From: an uncultured Thermoprotei archaeon
Lineage (GTDB): Archaea > Thermoproteota > Thermoprotei > Thermofilales > B15-G2
DNA: 64,000 bases
Direction of reading: 5' to 3'
NCBI GenBank assembly: GCA_965367815.1
Contig: CBDUKN010000001.1
Coordinates: 128,001-192,000 of the forward strand
Each line of letters begins with the position of its first letter. Positions within the stretch are counted from its first letter, which is position 1. This document shows, in pieces, positions 47,128-57,056 of this stretch. A program made the translations under genes and the position numbers. Under the pieces are notes generated by a model that saw nothing but the letters and a program-made list of their open reading frames with translations, searched no databases and was not told where the DNA came from.

Positions 47128-48375
47128 TTATAGTCTTGAAATAACTTCGAAATTTTCTTCGGGAGTATTACTGAATGAAAAGAAATATAGTCCCTTGGGA
47201 TTGATCTTGAGAGCTTCTTTAATCGCGTCGAGTAGTCTCCTCGGAGGATTATACACTATGCTTGGATCATATCCTGAGTAAAGACCTACATATATTCTGG
47301 AGGGGTCGATGTATTCTGCCACCTTTAGAGCTTCTCTTGAAGCTATTTCAGGTGGAAGACCATAGTACTCGAAGTCTTTAACGCTACTAGGCTTATTTAC
47401 TCCAAGCAAATGCGATATTGTCTCAAGTAGTAGATCTTCGTACTCCCATCCTACTCGGTCTAGTATTGACTTAATGTACTTTGTCTCCCAGGCACCCATT
47501 CTAGCAGTATATATCATAGGCTTAACTGTATCCAAGACTTCTCTGAGGAGAGAGTAGTCTTGTCCCACCTGCCAGGAGAGAGTAGGATAGAAGAGGTCTG
47601 CACTCAAAGCGACGCCGCTTTTTTCGACACTTTCCTTAATGAAAGCTATGAGTTCTTTTACGCTTTCTGCTCTGAAGCGAAGCCAGTCTGCTACTTCAGG
47701 ATGCTCTAAGTAAAATCTGTTTAAGTCTCCAGTGCTGCCGAGGAACATTTTTAGATACTTTAAGTTTTCGTGGCTAGTTTCAGATATTGTTTTAAACATT
47801 TCGATAATTTTTTCGAAAGATTTCCAATCTAATCCTTTTTCTACTGCTTTTTCTCTGCAGAAACTACAGTAGCAGTGACGCCCTATTAGCAGGTGTGTTG
47901 GCAGAAGAAATCCTTCGCGGCTACGCTTAAACCTAATGTAGTCTAACTCAACTTCATCTACCTCATATTCGTAGGCAATATTTTCGGCTAGTCCTCTGAG
48001 GTACTTTTGGACATCAGGATTGTTTGGGCACAAGGCTCTGGGGTGCGGGCTTCCTCTAAAGTCTATTAATCTGCATTCAGGGTTCTTTTCTGCATGAAGA
48101 GGGTCTACTACACAGACCACAGTGGCAGTAAGCTTTAATCCATATTCTCTTGAAGCCTCGACACACTCCGCTAAAAGATCTCTTTTACAGCCTTTTACGG
48201 GCTTAAGTTTAGTTTCGGTAAAATATTTGTCTTTAGGCTTGAAAAACACTTTACCTTCAGCTACTACGAATATAGATGCTCTCGAAACATTGTATTTAGC
48301 TAGTTTCTCGAAGACCTTATCGGCGGTTTTCTCGTAAATATCTCTCCAGCTTACCCAGAACCCTACTTCAACCAC
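47128..48375 (-). CDS. Putative glycoside hydrolase, GHL10/DUF187-like TIM barrel
   Basis: LCPNNPDVQKY, YEVDEVELDYIRF, CYCSFC, PMIY. Confidence 0.7.
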   Translation of the reverse strand: MVEVGFWVSWRDIYEKTADKVFEKLAKYNVSRASIFVVAEGKVFFKPKDKYFTETKLKPVKGCKRDLLAECVEASREYGLKLTATVVCVVDPLHAEKNPECRLIDFRGSPHPRALCPNNPDVQKYLRGLAENIAYEYEVDEVELDYIRFKRSREGFLLPTHLLIGRHCYCSFCREKAVEKGLDWKSFEKIIEMFKTISETSHENLKYLKMFLGSTGDLNRFYLEHPEVADWLRFRAESVKELIAFIKESVEKSGVALSADLFYPTLSWQVGQDYSLLREVLDTVKPMIYTARMGAWETKYIKSILDRVGWEYEDLLLETISHLLGVNKPSSVKDFEYYGLPPEIASREALKVAEYIDPSRIYVGLYSGYDPSIVYNPPRRLLDAIKEALKINPKGLYFFSFSNTPEENFEVISRL

Positions 48376-48404
48376 ATTTTAAATTTGCTGTCACAGAAAT
48401 AAAC

Positions 48405-49073
48405 TTAAGTCTTTTTACAGTAGGCACAAATATCTTTTAATGGACATTCGCTGCACTTAGGTTTTCTTGGCTTGCAGTATTTTCTTCCGACTAAAATTAG
48501 CCTTACGTGGGCTTCCTTGTAGTCTTTGGGGTCGAAGACTTCTAGCAAGGCTTGTCTAACCGGCTCGTAGCCCTGTTTACTGCTTAAACCTAAGCGTACT
48601 GCGACTCTCATAGCGTGGGTGTCGACAGCTATAGTTGGCTTACCCATTAGCTGCAGGAGAAGATCTGCGGTCTTGAGTCCGACTCCTTTAAAGCTAGTTA
48701 GATACCGTCTAGCTTCTTCTAGGCTCATTTCTTTCAGTTTTTTGAAATCGAGTCTATTTTCTAAGACAGCTTCAGCAAGCTGCTTTATTACATATGCTTT
48801 CTGACGATAAAGCCCCGCAGGCTTAATTGCTTCCTCGATGTCTTCTAGCTTAGTAGACGCTATTTTCTCTGGTGTAACGCCTATTTTCTTCTCGAGATTA
48901 TCGTATGCTTTTATAGAATTTTTATCACTTGTATTCTGTGAAAGAACTATTGAAACTAGGAGCTTAAAGAGGTCTCGGCCGTAATTTTCTTCAACCCAGA
49001 AAACAATAAAATCTCTGCTAGTATACTTCAGGTACTTTGTTTTCTCGAGAATAAGGCTTCCTAGCTTACTCAC
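48405..49073 (-). CDS. nth: Endonuclease III (HhH-GPD glycosylase, 4Fe-4S)
   Basis: LSQNTSD, GVGLKTA, VDTH, CKPRKPKCSECPLKDIC. Confidence 0.93.
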   Translation of the reverse strand: MSKLGSLILEKTKYLKYTSRDFIVFWVEENYGRDLFKLLVSIVLSQNTSDKNSIKAYDNLEKKIGVTPEKIASTKLEDIEEAIKPAGLYRQKAYVIKQLAEAVLENRLDFKKLKEMSLEEARRYLTSFKGVGLKTADLLLQLMGKPTIAVDTHAMRVAVRLGLSSKQGYEPVRQALLEVFDPKDYKEAHVRLILVGRKYCKPRKPKCSECPLKDICAYCKKT

Positions 49074-49120
49074 ATAGAGTCTAAAAAAAGATAGCTTAAC
49101 TACTTAACGTTAAACAAGCT

Positions 49121-49684
49121 TTACTCGAGAGGTCTTTTAATCACGAATGGTTTCCATCCAAGTTTTTCTCTAAACCTATTTATAGCCTCGATAGCTTTCA
49201 ATTTGCTTTCCTTGTCCATTTTTCTTGTTCTCAGTACTGCTAGAAACAGTATGTATGTACGCCTGTGAATAGTGCCTCGTGAAATACCGTGCTGCAGATC
49301 TTCTTCAAGTTGCTTAAGTATATCCTCTACTTCTTTTAAATCGCTTAGTCCCTTTTTCCCTATATCAGCTACCTGTGTACCTAAATATAATGGGTGGCCT
49401 TTAGGAACTACCATGTATTTTCCTTTTTCATAAGTGACTCTGCCTTTGACCAGGATGTCGTATAGCTCGAAGTTTCCTCTCCATTCAGGATTTCTTTTCT
49501 CGAGTTCTCTAAGCACGAGTTCTCTTATCTCATCTGTAGTCATTCCATCGCGAACCTTTTTCTCTATTTCTCCTGCGATTTCTCTGGCTACTTCTAATGG
49601 TGCTCCAGCTTTATAGCAACTCACAACGATTTTCTCTTTAAGAAAATCTTCTTCGAGACCATTTCTTTTAACTATTTTAACCAT
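49121..49684 (-). CDS. ATP-cone domain protein with uncharacterised C-terminal domain
   Basis: IVKRNGLEEDFLKEKI...TTDEIRELV. Confidence 0.8.
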   Translation of the reverse strand: MVKIVKRNGLEEDFLKEKIVVSCYKAGAPLEVAREIAGEIEKKVRDGMTTDEIRELVLRELEKRNPEWRGNFELYDILVKGRVTYEKGKYMVVPKGHPLYLGTQVADIGKKGLSDLKEVEDILKQLEEDLQHGISRGTIHRRTYILFLAVLRTRKMDKESKLKAIEAINRFREKLGWKPFVIKRPLE

Positions 49685-49756
49685 AGTTTAGTATGTAATA
49701 TGTATTAATTATTTTTAACGTTCACTGTTTTTTCGAGTTGACAAAAATATTTTTCT

Positions 49757-50779
49757 TTATGCTAAAGAAAATGCTAACTGCTTTTTAGCCATCGAGACTT
49801 TAAAGAGGGCTAAGCCTATGTGCTCAATGAAAAGAGAGTCTCTGTATACGTCTGCTTTACTCAGAACTTCACATGCTTCTTGTAGAAGCTTATTAACATG
49901 AAATATTATTGAGCGGCTTCCGCCTATTCTTTCCACTAAGTCTGCAAGAGTTTTTGTTTCTTCAATCTTATCCCATGCACGAGAGTACAGTAATAAGTAG
50001 TGATTGCTCCCAGCGTACTTTGGGACTTCCATAATAACTTTAATTGAAGGGGGTACTTTGAAGAAGTAGTCTTTGAAAATAGTAAATCTTCCCGCTTCTC
50101 TTAGTGTTCTCAGTAGTTCTGGAATTTTCTTAAAGTGATTCCATTTAGATTCCTCGATAACGGTAATTAAAATAGAGTTTTCATCTACAGTTCGCGCCTT
50201 CTCTTTATATTTCTTTAAAAGCTCTTCTTTACTAATATTTTGTTTTAGATACATTAGTAAATAGTAGCATAAGCCAGTATTTAAGTTGACTGCTGGAAGA
50301 CTGTCTCCGAGAACGTTTTCTACTTCAAAAACTTTCGTCGTAATTTCATGGTCTCTCCAGAGAACTAGGTACGTGTAGTCTTTTTCTCTTAAAGCAGAGA
50401 GTATCAGAGGGTTCCACGAATTATTTGGAAGATAAAAACCTTGAGGATGGACATTAAATGCCTTTACTACTGTATCTCGATTGACTGCTAAGAGAGATTC
50501 TAGAGCGTAGGGTGATAAAGCCTCTATATTTAGAGGAGAGGAAAAGGTAGTAACTATTTCGATAAAACTTGAAGCAGCCAAGTCTTCTAGTAGGTCTACA
50601 AGTCTACTTCTCTCTTTCATTAGGAAGTCAATAGTGTACTTAGTTACAGCAACGTTTACAGGTATTTCAAGAGAATAAAGCTCTTCGAGAGCATCTTCAA
50701 GAGCTCTTGCAGCATAATAGCGCGCAGGTTCAGGAAGGCTTAGTAGATCAAAATATAGTATTTGAGCTAAATATATCAC
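49757..50779 (-). CDS. GH57 N-terminal-like protein, probably catalytically inactive
   Basis: IEIVTTFSSPL and GFYLPNNSW align with GH57 E-x-x-x-x-x-x-HP and GFWLPE motifs but lack the His and the nucleophile Glu. Confidence 0.6.
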   Translation of the reverse strand: MIYLAQILYFDLLSLPEPARYYAARALEDALEELYSLEIPVNVAVTKYTIDFLMKERSRLVDLLEDLAASSFIEIVTTFSSPLNIEALSPYALESLLAVNRDTVVKAFNVHPQGFYLPNNSWNPLILSALREKDYTYLVLWRDHEITTKVFEVENVLGDSLPAVNLNTGLCYYLLMYLKQNISKEELLKKYKEKARTVDENSILITVIEESKWNHFKKIPELLRTLREAGRFTIFKDYFFKVPPSIKVIMEVPKYAGSNHYLLLYSRAWDKIEETKTLADLVERIGGSRSIIFHVNKLLQEACEVLSKADVYRDSLFIEHIGLALFKVSMAKKQLAFSLA

Positions 50780-50828
50780 AAGTACTTTTACTCAAGCAGT
50801 GATATATAATCTTCTTTACTTGGCTTCA

Positions 50829-51836
50829 CTAATATATTTCCTTAATATCTACAGGTCTCTGTTCTTTACTCGACTTGTAGGCAGCTTCAGTAAGCGCTAT
50901 TACTTGAAGAAAATCTTCTGCAGGCGATTTATTTTCCTCTAAGCCCAAGACACAATTAACGAAATTGTCATCAGGTGAACTGCCTTCAATAAGCCAGCTT
51001 CGAGTGTTAAACACTATTCTGTTGCCGTTTTCGTCAATAAACATCGTTTTGCCGTTTTCTATCCTCACAGCCGATCCTGTCTCCCCATAAAAGGTTTCGA
51101 TTTCGTACATGCCGGGAGGGCTATTTCCACAAATATTTAAGCTAGCTAAAACTCCGTCCTCGAGCTCTACAGTTACCAAGGCATATAAATCGACTTCAAA
51201 GTCTCCGCAGTCTACTTGCGCGTAGACTTTCTCAGGCTTTTTACCGGTAATCCAGAGAAGTATGTCTACTACATGGCTTCCTGAATCAAAGAACATACCT
51301 CCGTAGCCAAGTTTCTTCGATGCTCTCCAAGTACCTTTAGCTATGCTCTTCCAATTCTGGTCAAGGCATATTGTGACGAACTTAAGTCTACCTAGTTTTT
51401 CTCGAACAAGGTCTCTTGCTTTAATAAAGTTCTCAATAAATCTCCTCTGATAAGACACCAATACAACTAAATCTTTTCTCTTAGATACCTCTACGATGTC
51501 TTTTGCCTCTTTTACAGTACAGCATAAAGGCTTCTCTGACAGTACATGAAGTCCTCTCTTTAGTGCATACATTATCTGAGGATAGTGTAAGGTGTGAGGA
51601 GTGAAAATACAGACAGCGTCTAATCCTGCTTCATCGATCATTTGCTTATAGTCGCTATACAGCATATTCTTTGAGCGAGATGTATAGCCGTAGATTTCAC
51701 TGTAAAGTGCTTTAGCTTTATCTAAAACTACGTCGCAGAAACCGGCGATCTCTACATGAGGGTTTCTTCGGAGTCTTAAAGCATGGCCCCAGCTTATGCC
51801 GCCGCACCCTATTATTCCTATTTTTATTTTCCTCAT
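50829..51836 (-). CDS. Gfo/Idh/MocA-family oxidoreductase
   Basis: GIIGCGG, TPHTLH, SEKPL, GGMFFDSGSH. Confidence 0.9.
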   Translation of the reverse strand: MRKIKIGIIGCGGISWGHALRLRRNPHVEIAGFCDVVLDKAKALYSEIYGYTSRSKNMLYSDYKQMIDEAGLDAVCIFTPHTLHYPQIMYALKRGLHVLSEKPLCCTVKEAKDIVEVSKRKDLVVLVSYQRRFIENFIKARDLVREKLGRLKFVTICLDQNWKSIAKGTWRASKKLGYGGMFFDSGSHVVDILLWITGKKPEKVYAQVDCGDFEVDLYALVTVELEDGVLASLNICGNSPPGMYEIETFYGETGSAVRIENGKTMFIDENGNRIVFNTRSWLIEGSSPDDNFVNCVLGLEENKSPAEDFLQVIALTEAAYKSSKEQRPVDIKEIY

Positions 51837-51922
51837 TCTACCATTAATGCACTTCTGTTTCCGAGAATAAATAACTACCAGCTATAGCTAAACTCTATTA
51901 ATATTTTTCGCGAACAATTTAT

Positions 51923-53005
51923 GTGAAGCCTGTCGAGTTAGCCGTAATAGTTGCAATAATACTTGCTCTACTCTTTATTATAGCGATTCTCGCTTTAATT
52001 ATTTTAGAGAAAGAAAAGAAAAGAGAAAAGGCAGATTTCACAGAAATCATCAAGGCTAACAGCAGACTTGAGAAGCTTAAAGTATATTTCATGGGATGGG
52101 TCGTTGAATACGATTCTAAAAGCAAGGATAATTTTTACCGTTATCACGATAAGTTTACATGGGTTTCGCCAACGTGGTATGTTTTTGGCGAGAACTTAAA
52201 GCTAATAGAGAAAGTCTACGATGAAGAGTTTGTGTCGAATTGTAGGAAATGGAGTGTTAAAATACTGCCTTTAATAGCGAATAAAGATTTTAGTCGAGGA
52301 ATAGTCCATAAAATTCTCTCTGATCCTGAGGTTCGGGAAAAAGCAGTAAATCAGATAGTTGAGATGGTGTTGAGTAGGGGATATGACGGTGTCAACATAG
52401 ATTTTGAAAACATACCTCCCGAAGACAGAGAAAATCTTACACTTTTCATGAAGCTTCTCCACGAGAAACTACATCCGCTAGGAAAGCTTGTCACAATAGA
52501 TGTACCGGCTAAAACTCAGCCCACGTATTCTGGCTGGAGCGGAGCATATGACTACAAAGCGCTAGCAAACTACAGCGACTTAGTAATTATTATGATATAT
52601 GATTATCATTGGGCGGGCGGAAGTCCGGGCCCTATTTCGCCGCTAGATTGGTTCAATGATGTACTTGATTATGCTCTTCAGACTATTCCTCGCGAAAAAA
52701 TAGTGGCAGGTATACCCTTCTATGGATATGACTGGCCTGAAGGAGGTAGGGGAAGAGGAGTAACTTATGCTATGGCTATTCGAATAGCTAATGAGAGCAA
52801 GGCATATGTGCACTTTGATTCAGAGAAAGGAGAAGCCTATTTCACTTACTATAAAGACAACATAAAGCACTATGTGTGGTTCCAGATCGCTAAAAGCACT
52901 GAGCTTAGAGTTAAAGCGGCTTTAAGTAAGGGTATAGATAAAGTAGCTGCGTGGAGAATAGGTCAAGAAGACCCGCTTACTTGGAACGTCATAGATAAGC
53001 CCTAA
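51923..53005 (+). CDS. Membrane-anchored GH18 glycoside hydrolase
   Basis: N-terminal TM helix; YDGVNIDFE, MIYDYH, GIPFYGYDW, AWRIGQED. Confidence 0.9.
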   Translation: MKPVELAVIVAIILALLFIIAILALIILEKEKKREKADFTEIIKANSRLEKLKVYFMGWVVEYDSKSKDNFYRYHDKFTWVSPTWYVFGENLKLIEKVYDEEFVSNCRKWSVKILPLIANKDFSRGIVHKILSDPEVREKAVNQIVEMVLSRGYDGVNIDFENIPPEDRENLTLFMKLLHEKLHPLGKLVTIDVPAKTQPTYSGWSGAYDYKALANYSDLVIIMIYDYHWAGGSPGPISPLDWFNDVLDYALQTIPREKIVAGIPFYGYDWPEGGRGRGVTYAMAIRIANESKAYVHFDSEKGEAYFTYYKDNIKHYVWFQIAKSTELRVKAALSKGIDKVAAWRIGQEDPLTWNVIDKP

Positions 53006-53044
53006 AGTCTTAGACTATATATAGTTTAAGAGAGCGTTTTCTTT

Positions 53045-54154
53045 ATGAGCACAGTTTACCTGTTAAGCTACATTATTAAGGAATTTAAAGCTGAGTACAG
53101 TCCTGTAGCAAGGCTTAGAGAATTAATGTATAGAGCCGGTATAAGAGATGTTATCAGCGAAGGAGATACTGTAGCTATAAAAACCCACTTTGGCTCGCCC
53201 GGCGGATTTCGTATAGTTAGACCAATTTTCTTGAAGAAAATAGTCGAGGTAGTTAAAGAACTAGGCGGTAAGCCTTTTGTAACTGATACATGTAGGCCTC
53301 CTGCACTAGACTACTTGGAGATAGCCAACGCTGAGGGAATAAATCACTTGTCTGTAGGAGCTCCTGTCATTATAGCTGATGGACTCAAAGGAAACGACTA
53401 CAGGTTAATGAAAATCAACGGTGAAGTACTGAAGGAAGTAGAAGTAGCTTCAGCTATCTATGAGGCTGATGCAATGATCGTAGTTTCGCACGTTAAGGGC
53501 CACCGTATGGCGGGCTTTGGTGGCGCACTTAAGAACTTAGCTATGGGATGTACTGCCAAGCCCGGGAAGAGGAGAATACACGATGTTCTGGGAGGAGAGC
53601 CGCCAGTCTGGCGCGAAGAGAAGTGCACTAGGTGTGGCGCATGTGTTTCAGCATGTGACCACAAGGCTATAGCGCTTGTAGACGGAAAAATAGTCATTGA
53701 CGAAGAGAAGTGTGTCAGGTGCTACAGATGTGTATGGGTTTGTCCGAACAGAGCTCTAGTATGGGATAGGAGAGGAGTAGAGAGATTTCTTAAAGCTATA
53801 GCTGAAGCGGCAGCGGCTGTAGTAAATACATTTAAGGAGGGGAAGATACTTTACTTGAATTTTGTCTGCGATGTAACAGTAGCCTGTGACTGTACGCCTT
53901 GGTCTACAAACCCTCTAGTACCAGACATAGGTATACTCTCGTCGAAAGATGCAGTAGCCATAGACACTGCTTCACTAGACTTAATCAATAAGGCTGAAGG
54001 TATTCCAGGGCAAACGCTGCCAGGGAAAGTAGAAGTACTGCCAGCTAATGTCAATAAGTTTCTCGAAGTCCACGGCATAGACCCATATATACAAGTGTGT
54101 CACGGAGAAAAAATAGGACTAGGGTCAACTAAGTACAAAATAGTAGAAATCTAA
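53045..54154 (+). CDS. DUF362-domain protein with 4Fe-4S ferredoxin insert
   Basis: AIKTHFG, SHVKGH, GGALKNLAMGC, two CxxCxxCxxxC motifs, CDC. Confidence 0.88.
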   Translation: MSTVYLLSYIIKEFKAEYSPVARLRELMYRAGIRDVISEGDTVAIKTHFGSPGGFRIVRPIFLKKIVEVVKELGGKPFVTDTCRPPALDYLEIANAEGINHLSVGAPVIIADGLKGNDYRLMKINGEVLKEVEVASAIYEADAMIVVSHVKGHRMAGFGGALKNLAMGCTAKPGKRRIHDVLGGEPPVWREEKCTRCGACVSACDHKAIALVDGKIVIDEEKCVRCYRCVWVCPNRALVWDRRGVERFLKAIAEAAAAVVNTFKEGKILYLNFVCDVTVACDCTPWSTNPLVPDIGILSSKDAVAIDTASLDLINKAEGIPGQTLPGKVEVLPANVNKFLEVHGIDPYIQVCHGEKIGLGSTKYKIVEI

Positions 54155-55002
54155 AGTTTTAAGAGAAGTCGAGAGAGTTCTTCGAGAGCTTTAGCTGAAG
54201 GCGAGTCAGGATAGGCTTCTACTACGGTTTTTCCCTGAATATACGCTTTAACTAACTTATCATCGTAAGGAATCTTATAGCTTTCAGGGGCTATTTCTTC
54301 GAGCTCTTTGTAAGTTCCTCCAGGCAGACCGTACTTATTCACTACAACAATAAGCTTTTTCCCGTAGAGGTTCACTAGTTTCTTAAACTTTGCTAAGTCG
54401 TGGACTCCTAGTCTACTGGGCTCGGTTACTGCTATAACTAAGTCTGCGTGCTTAATAGCCTCGGCTACCGAAAAGCCTGTTCCTGGAGGACAGTCTATTA
54501 GCGTAATACCGTAGTGGCTAGATTTTGCAAGAATTTCTCGCATAGCTTCTTCAGCTACTTCATGGTATTTGCGGCTACCGGGCTTCAGCTCCCCTATAAT
54601 TAAGTCTAAGTTTTCTCTACTGCCTGTCTTTAAGTAGCCTATAACAGTTCTTCCTTCACGTATAGCCTGATTAGGGCATACAGCTTCACATAGACCACAG
54701 CCTTCGCACAGTGTTTCAACGAAAATAATCTTTTTCCCTGGAATAACTACAAGTGCGTGTACAGGACAGTAGCTTGCACATAAACCGCATAACTTGCACG
54801 TAGATTCATCTATGATTGGTCTGTATGCGTACACTTCTCTAAGTAGTTTGGGCTCTATACCTAGCAAAGTGTATGAACATGGATTATCTACATCGATGTC
54901 TCCCAATAGAACTTTAGTCTGCTTAGATAGTAGAAAAGCTAGAGAAGCTGTTACAGTAGTTTTTCCTGTTCCTCCTTTACCACCAGCTATAGCTACTATC
55001 AC
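54151..55002 (-). CDS. MinD/ParA-superfamily P-loop ATPase with inserted 4Fe-4S ferredoxin
   Basis: GGKGGTGKT, DIDVD, two ferredoxin motifs, DCPPGT. Confidence 0.9.
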   Translation of the reverse strand: MIVAIAGGKGGTGKTTVTASLAFLLSKQTKVLLGDIDVDNPCSYTLLGIEPKLLREVYAYRPIIDESTCKLCGLCASYCPVHALVVIPGKKIIFVETLCEGCGLCEAVCPNQAIREGRTVIGYLKTGSRENLDLIIGELKPGSRKYHEVAEEAMREILAKSSHYGITLIDCPPGTGFSVAEAIKHADLVIAVTEPSRLGVHDLAKFKKLVNLYGKKLIVVVNKYGLPGGTYKELEEIAPESYKIPYDDKLVKAYIQGKTVVEAYPDSPSAKALEELSRLLLKL

Positions 55003-55099
55003 TTTCTCACCTGCTTTCTCTAAGCTTTCTTAGTAGCTGAACTGACTTAAATAGCATATGCACAGAATTAAGAAACTAGTGTACTATACTAAGTTAAGG

Positions 55100-55975
55100 C
55101 TACTTGCTTACAATATCTAATATCTTCTCAAAAGCGTTTTCTAGAAGTGGCTTTAGAGAGCTCTTTGTAGCCAAGAGTGGCGTCATCATAGAATATGACT
55201 CGACAATGTCTCTGCTATAAGGCACTTTCCCGACAACTTCTATTCCCAAGAGATCGCCTATTTTTGCTGAAAAATCGGGGTTTATGTCGTATTTATTTAC
55301 TATACAGACAGACTTTACTCCAAGTGTTTCAGCTACTTTGAGTAGTCTTTGGGAGCCTTTAACGCTCTGAGGTGTTGGTTCGACAACAATAACAAGGAGA
55401 TCTGCTCCGCTAATACTTGATACTACTGGACACCCTATTCCAGGCGCTGAGTCGACAATAACGTATCCTGAGTTAAGAAAGCTTCGTGCAAGTTTTTTAA
55501 GCTCGTATACTAGTCTGCCGCTAGTCCCTCCACCTAACTCTAAGTCGCCGGTAACAACTTTTATTCCGAAGGCAGATTCAGCTACGTAAATTACTCCCGT
55601 TTTAGCTTCTTTCAGCGAGATTGCTTGAGCAGGACATATTACGGCACACGCACCTAGACCTTCGCACTTACTGTAGTCTACTACAGGGCCTTTTTCTCCT
55701 ATAGTGATGGCGCCGAATTTACAGAAATTGACGCATTTCCAGCACTTAGTGCATTTAGTGTAATCTATTACGGGCCTATATGAGCCATAGTATTCTTCGG
55801 CAGATATTCGGCTTTTTTCTCCACCTAAAGCCAGAATCAAGTCTGGGGCTTCTACATCAGCGTCTACTGCAATTACTTCTCCTAGCTTTTTGCGGATAAA
55901 GTAAGCTAAGTTAGAGGAGATAAATGTTTTTCCTGTGCCTCCTTTACCGCTGGCAACTGCTATTTCTTTAATCAA
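55100..55975 (-). CDS. MinD/ParA-superfamily P-loop ATPase with inserted 4Fe-4S ferredoxin
   Basis: SGKGGTGKT, DADVEAP, CTKCWKC, DSAPGIGCPV. Confidence 0.9.
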   Translation of the reverse strand: MIKEIAVASGKGGTGKTFISSNLAYFIRKKLGEVIAVDADVEAPDLILALGGEKSRISAEEYYGSYRPVIDYTKCTKCWKCVNFCKFGAITIGEKGPVVDYSKCEGLGACAVICPAQAISLKEAKTGVIYVAESAFGIKVVTGDLELGGGTSGRLVYELKKLARSFLNSGYVIVDSAPGIGCPVVSSISGADLLVIVVEPTPQSVKGSQRLLKVAETLGVKSVCIVNKYDINPDFSAKIGDLLGIEVVGKVPYSRDIVESYSMMTPLLATKSSLKPLLENAFEKILDIVSK

Positions 55976-56274
55976 CGTGTCTCACCGAGTACTTTATCTA
56001 TAGCTTCCTTTACTTTAGCAGGATCTGCTTCTCTCAGAAAAAGTATTTTCTCTCTGCTTCTCATACCTTTAATAATAGCTATTTGACTTACATTTAATGC
56101 TTTCCTGAGAAATCGAAGTAACTCCATGTTTGCTTTTCCTCCAGTAGGAGACGCTTTAACTTCTATTACAAGGTAATCTCCTTCAACGCCGACTATTCTA
56201 TTTTCTTTAGCGCGAGGCTTAACTAGTACCCTCAAGAAAACACCGTCTCTATCTTCTATAAGATAATTTGCCAT
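55972..56274 (-). CDS. DUF167/UPF0235 (YggU-like) protein
   Basis: VKPRAK, PTGGKAN, GMRSREK. Confidence 0.88.
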   Translation of the reverse strand: MANYLIEDRDGVFLRVLVKPRAKENRIVGVEGDYLVIEVKASPTGGKANMELLRFLRKALNVSQIAIIKGMRSREKILFLREADPAKVKEAIDKVLGETR

Positions 56275-56314
56275 ACATATTAGTTAGGAACTAAAGGTAT
56301 AAGAAGCTTATAGT

Positions 56315-56992
56315 TTAAAGAAAATGACCTAAGAAAACTCCTATAAGCGATACAAGTAGCCCTGAAATTAGCATACATAGTCCGTACTTCAGTACATTTT
56401 CGTCGGAGACTCGCGCTAAGAAAGCTCCAAGCGAGAACAGCAAGATGCTTGTTAAAGTAACTGAGCCTATTAAAGCGTAATCTATTGGTACAATAGAGTA
56501 TATTGCTAGAATAAAGGGAGCTACCGATATTACTGAGAAAAGCATTGGGGCAAAAGCGTCTATTAGTGCGGCTAGAATAGTCACTACGTCTACTGCCTGC
56601 TTAAGCACGCTGTCTTCTAGGCTTGTAAAAAGACTTCTCTCTAAATCTTTTATTTCTCTGATCCTTTCGGCTCTCTCGGTAATAAATGCTCCTACGAAAC
56701 CTGAAATACTCATAGCTATGCTCGCGCCTATACTAGCTCCTACAATGAACTTAGGGTCCAGCGAGTGCGTCATATAGGAGCCCATAATGATGCCCATTAC
56801 TGTCATTATGCCGTCAAAGCCGTTCATAATGAAGTATCTTCTCAGTATTCCTCCAGCGTTAAGTAGGTTTACGTAGAGTTTAAGGTTTTTCAGCAGTGAG
56901 TTATTTAAGGCTAAGCCGTTTCCCTTATTTCTTCTTCTCCTATTAATAGAATCTGTGTCTTTAGACATAAACCTGAGTCCTCTGCGCGTCAA
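56315..56992 (-). CDS. VIT1/CCC1-family membrane transporter
   Basis: RRYFIMNGFDG, SGFVGAFITERAER; start probably downstream of the ORF-track start. Confidence 0.85.
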   Translation of the reverse strand: MTRRGLRFMSKDTDSINRRRRNKGNGLALNNSLLKNLKLYVNLLNAGGILRRYFIMNGFDGIMTVMGIIMGSYMTHSLDPKFIVGASIGASIAMSISGFVGAFITERAERIREIKDLERSLFTSLEDSVLKQAVDVVTILAALIDAFAPMLFSVISVAPFILAIYSIVPIDYALIGSVTLTSILLFSLGAFLARVSDENVLKYGLCMLISGLLVSLIGVFLGHFL

Positions 56993-57056
56993 GCAAATAT
57001 ATAATAGGTTTAAAAGATTTAAGTTTTATTGCTTCAATCTCTCATAAAAACTATGT

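Noticed and set aside
54151-55975. MinD-like ATPases as division-site regulators for the FtsZ cluster
   Set aside because: They carry ferredoxin inserts, sit with a NifX-like gene 7 kb away, and belong to the Fe-S-associated subfamily
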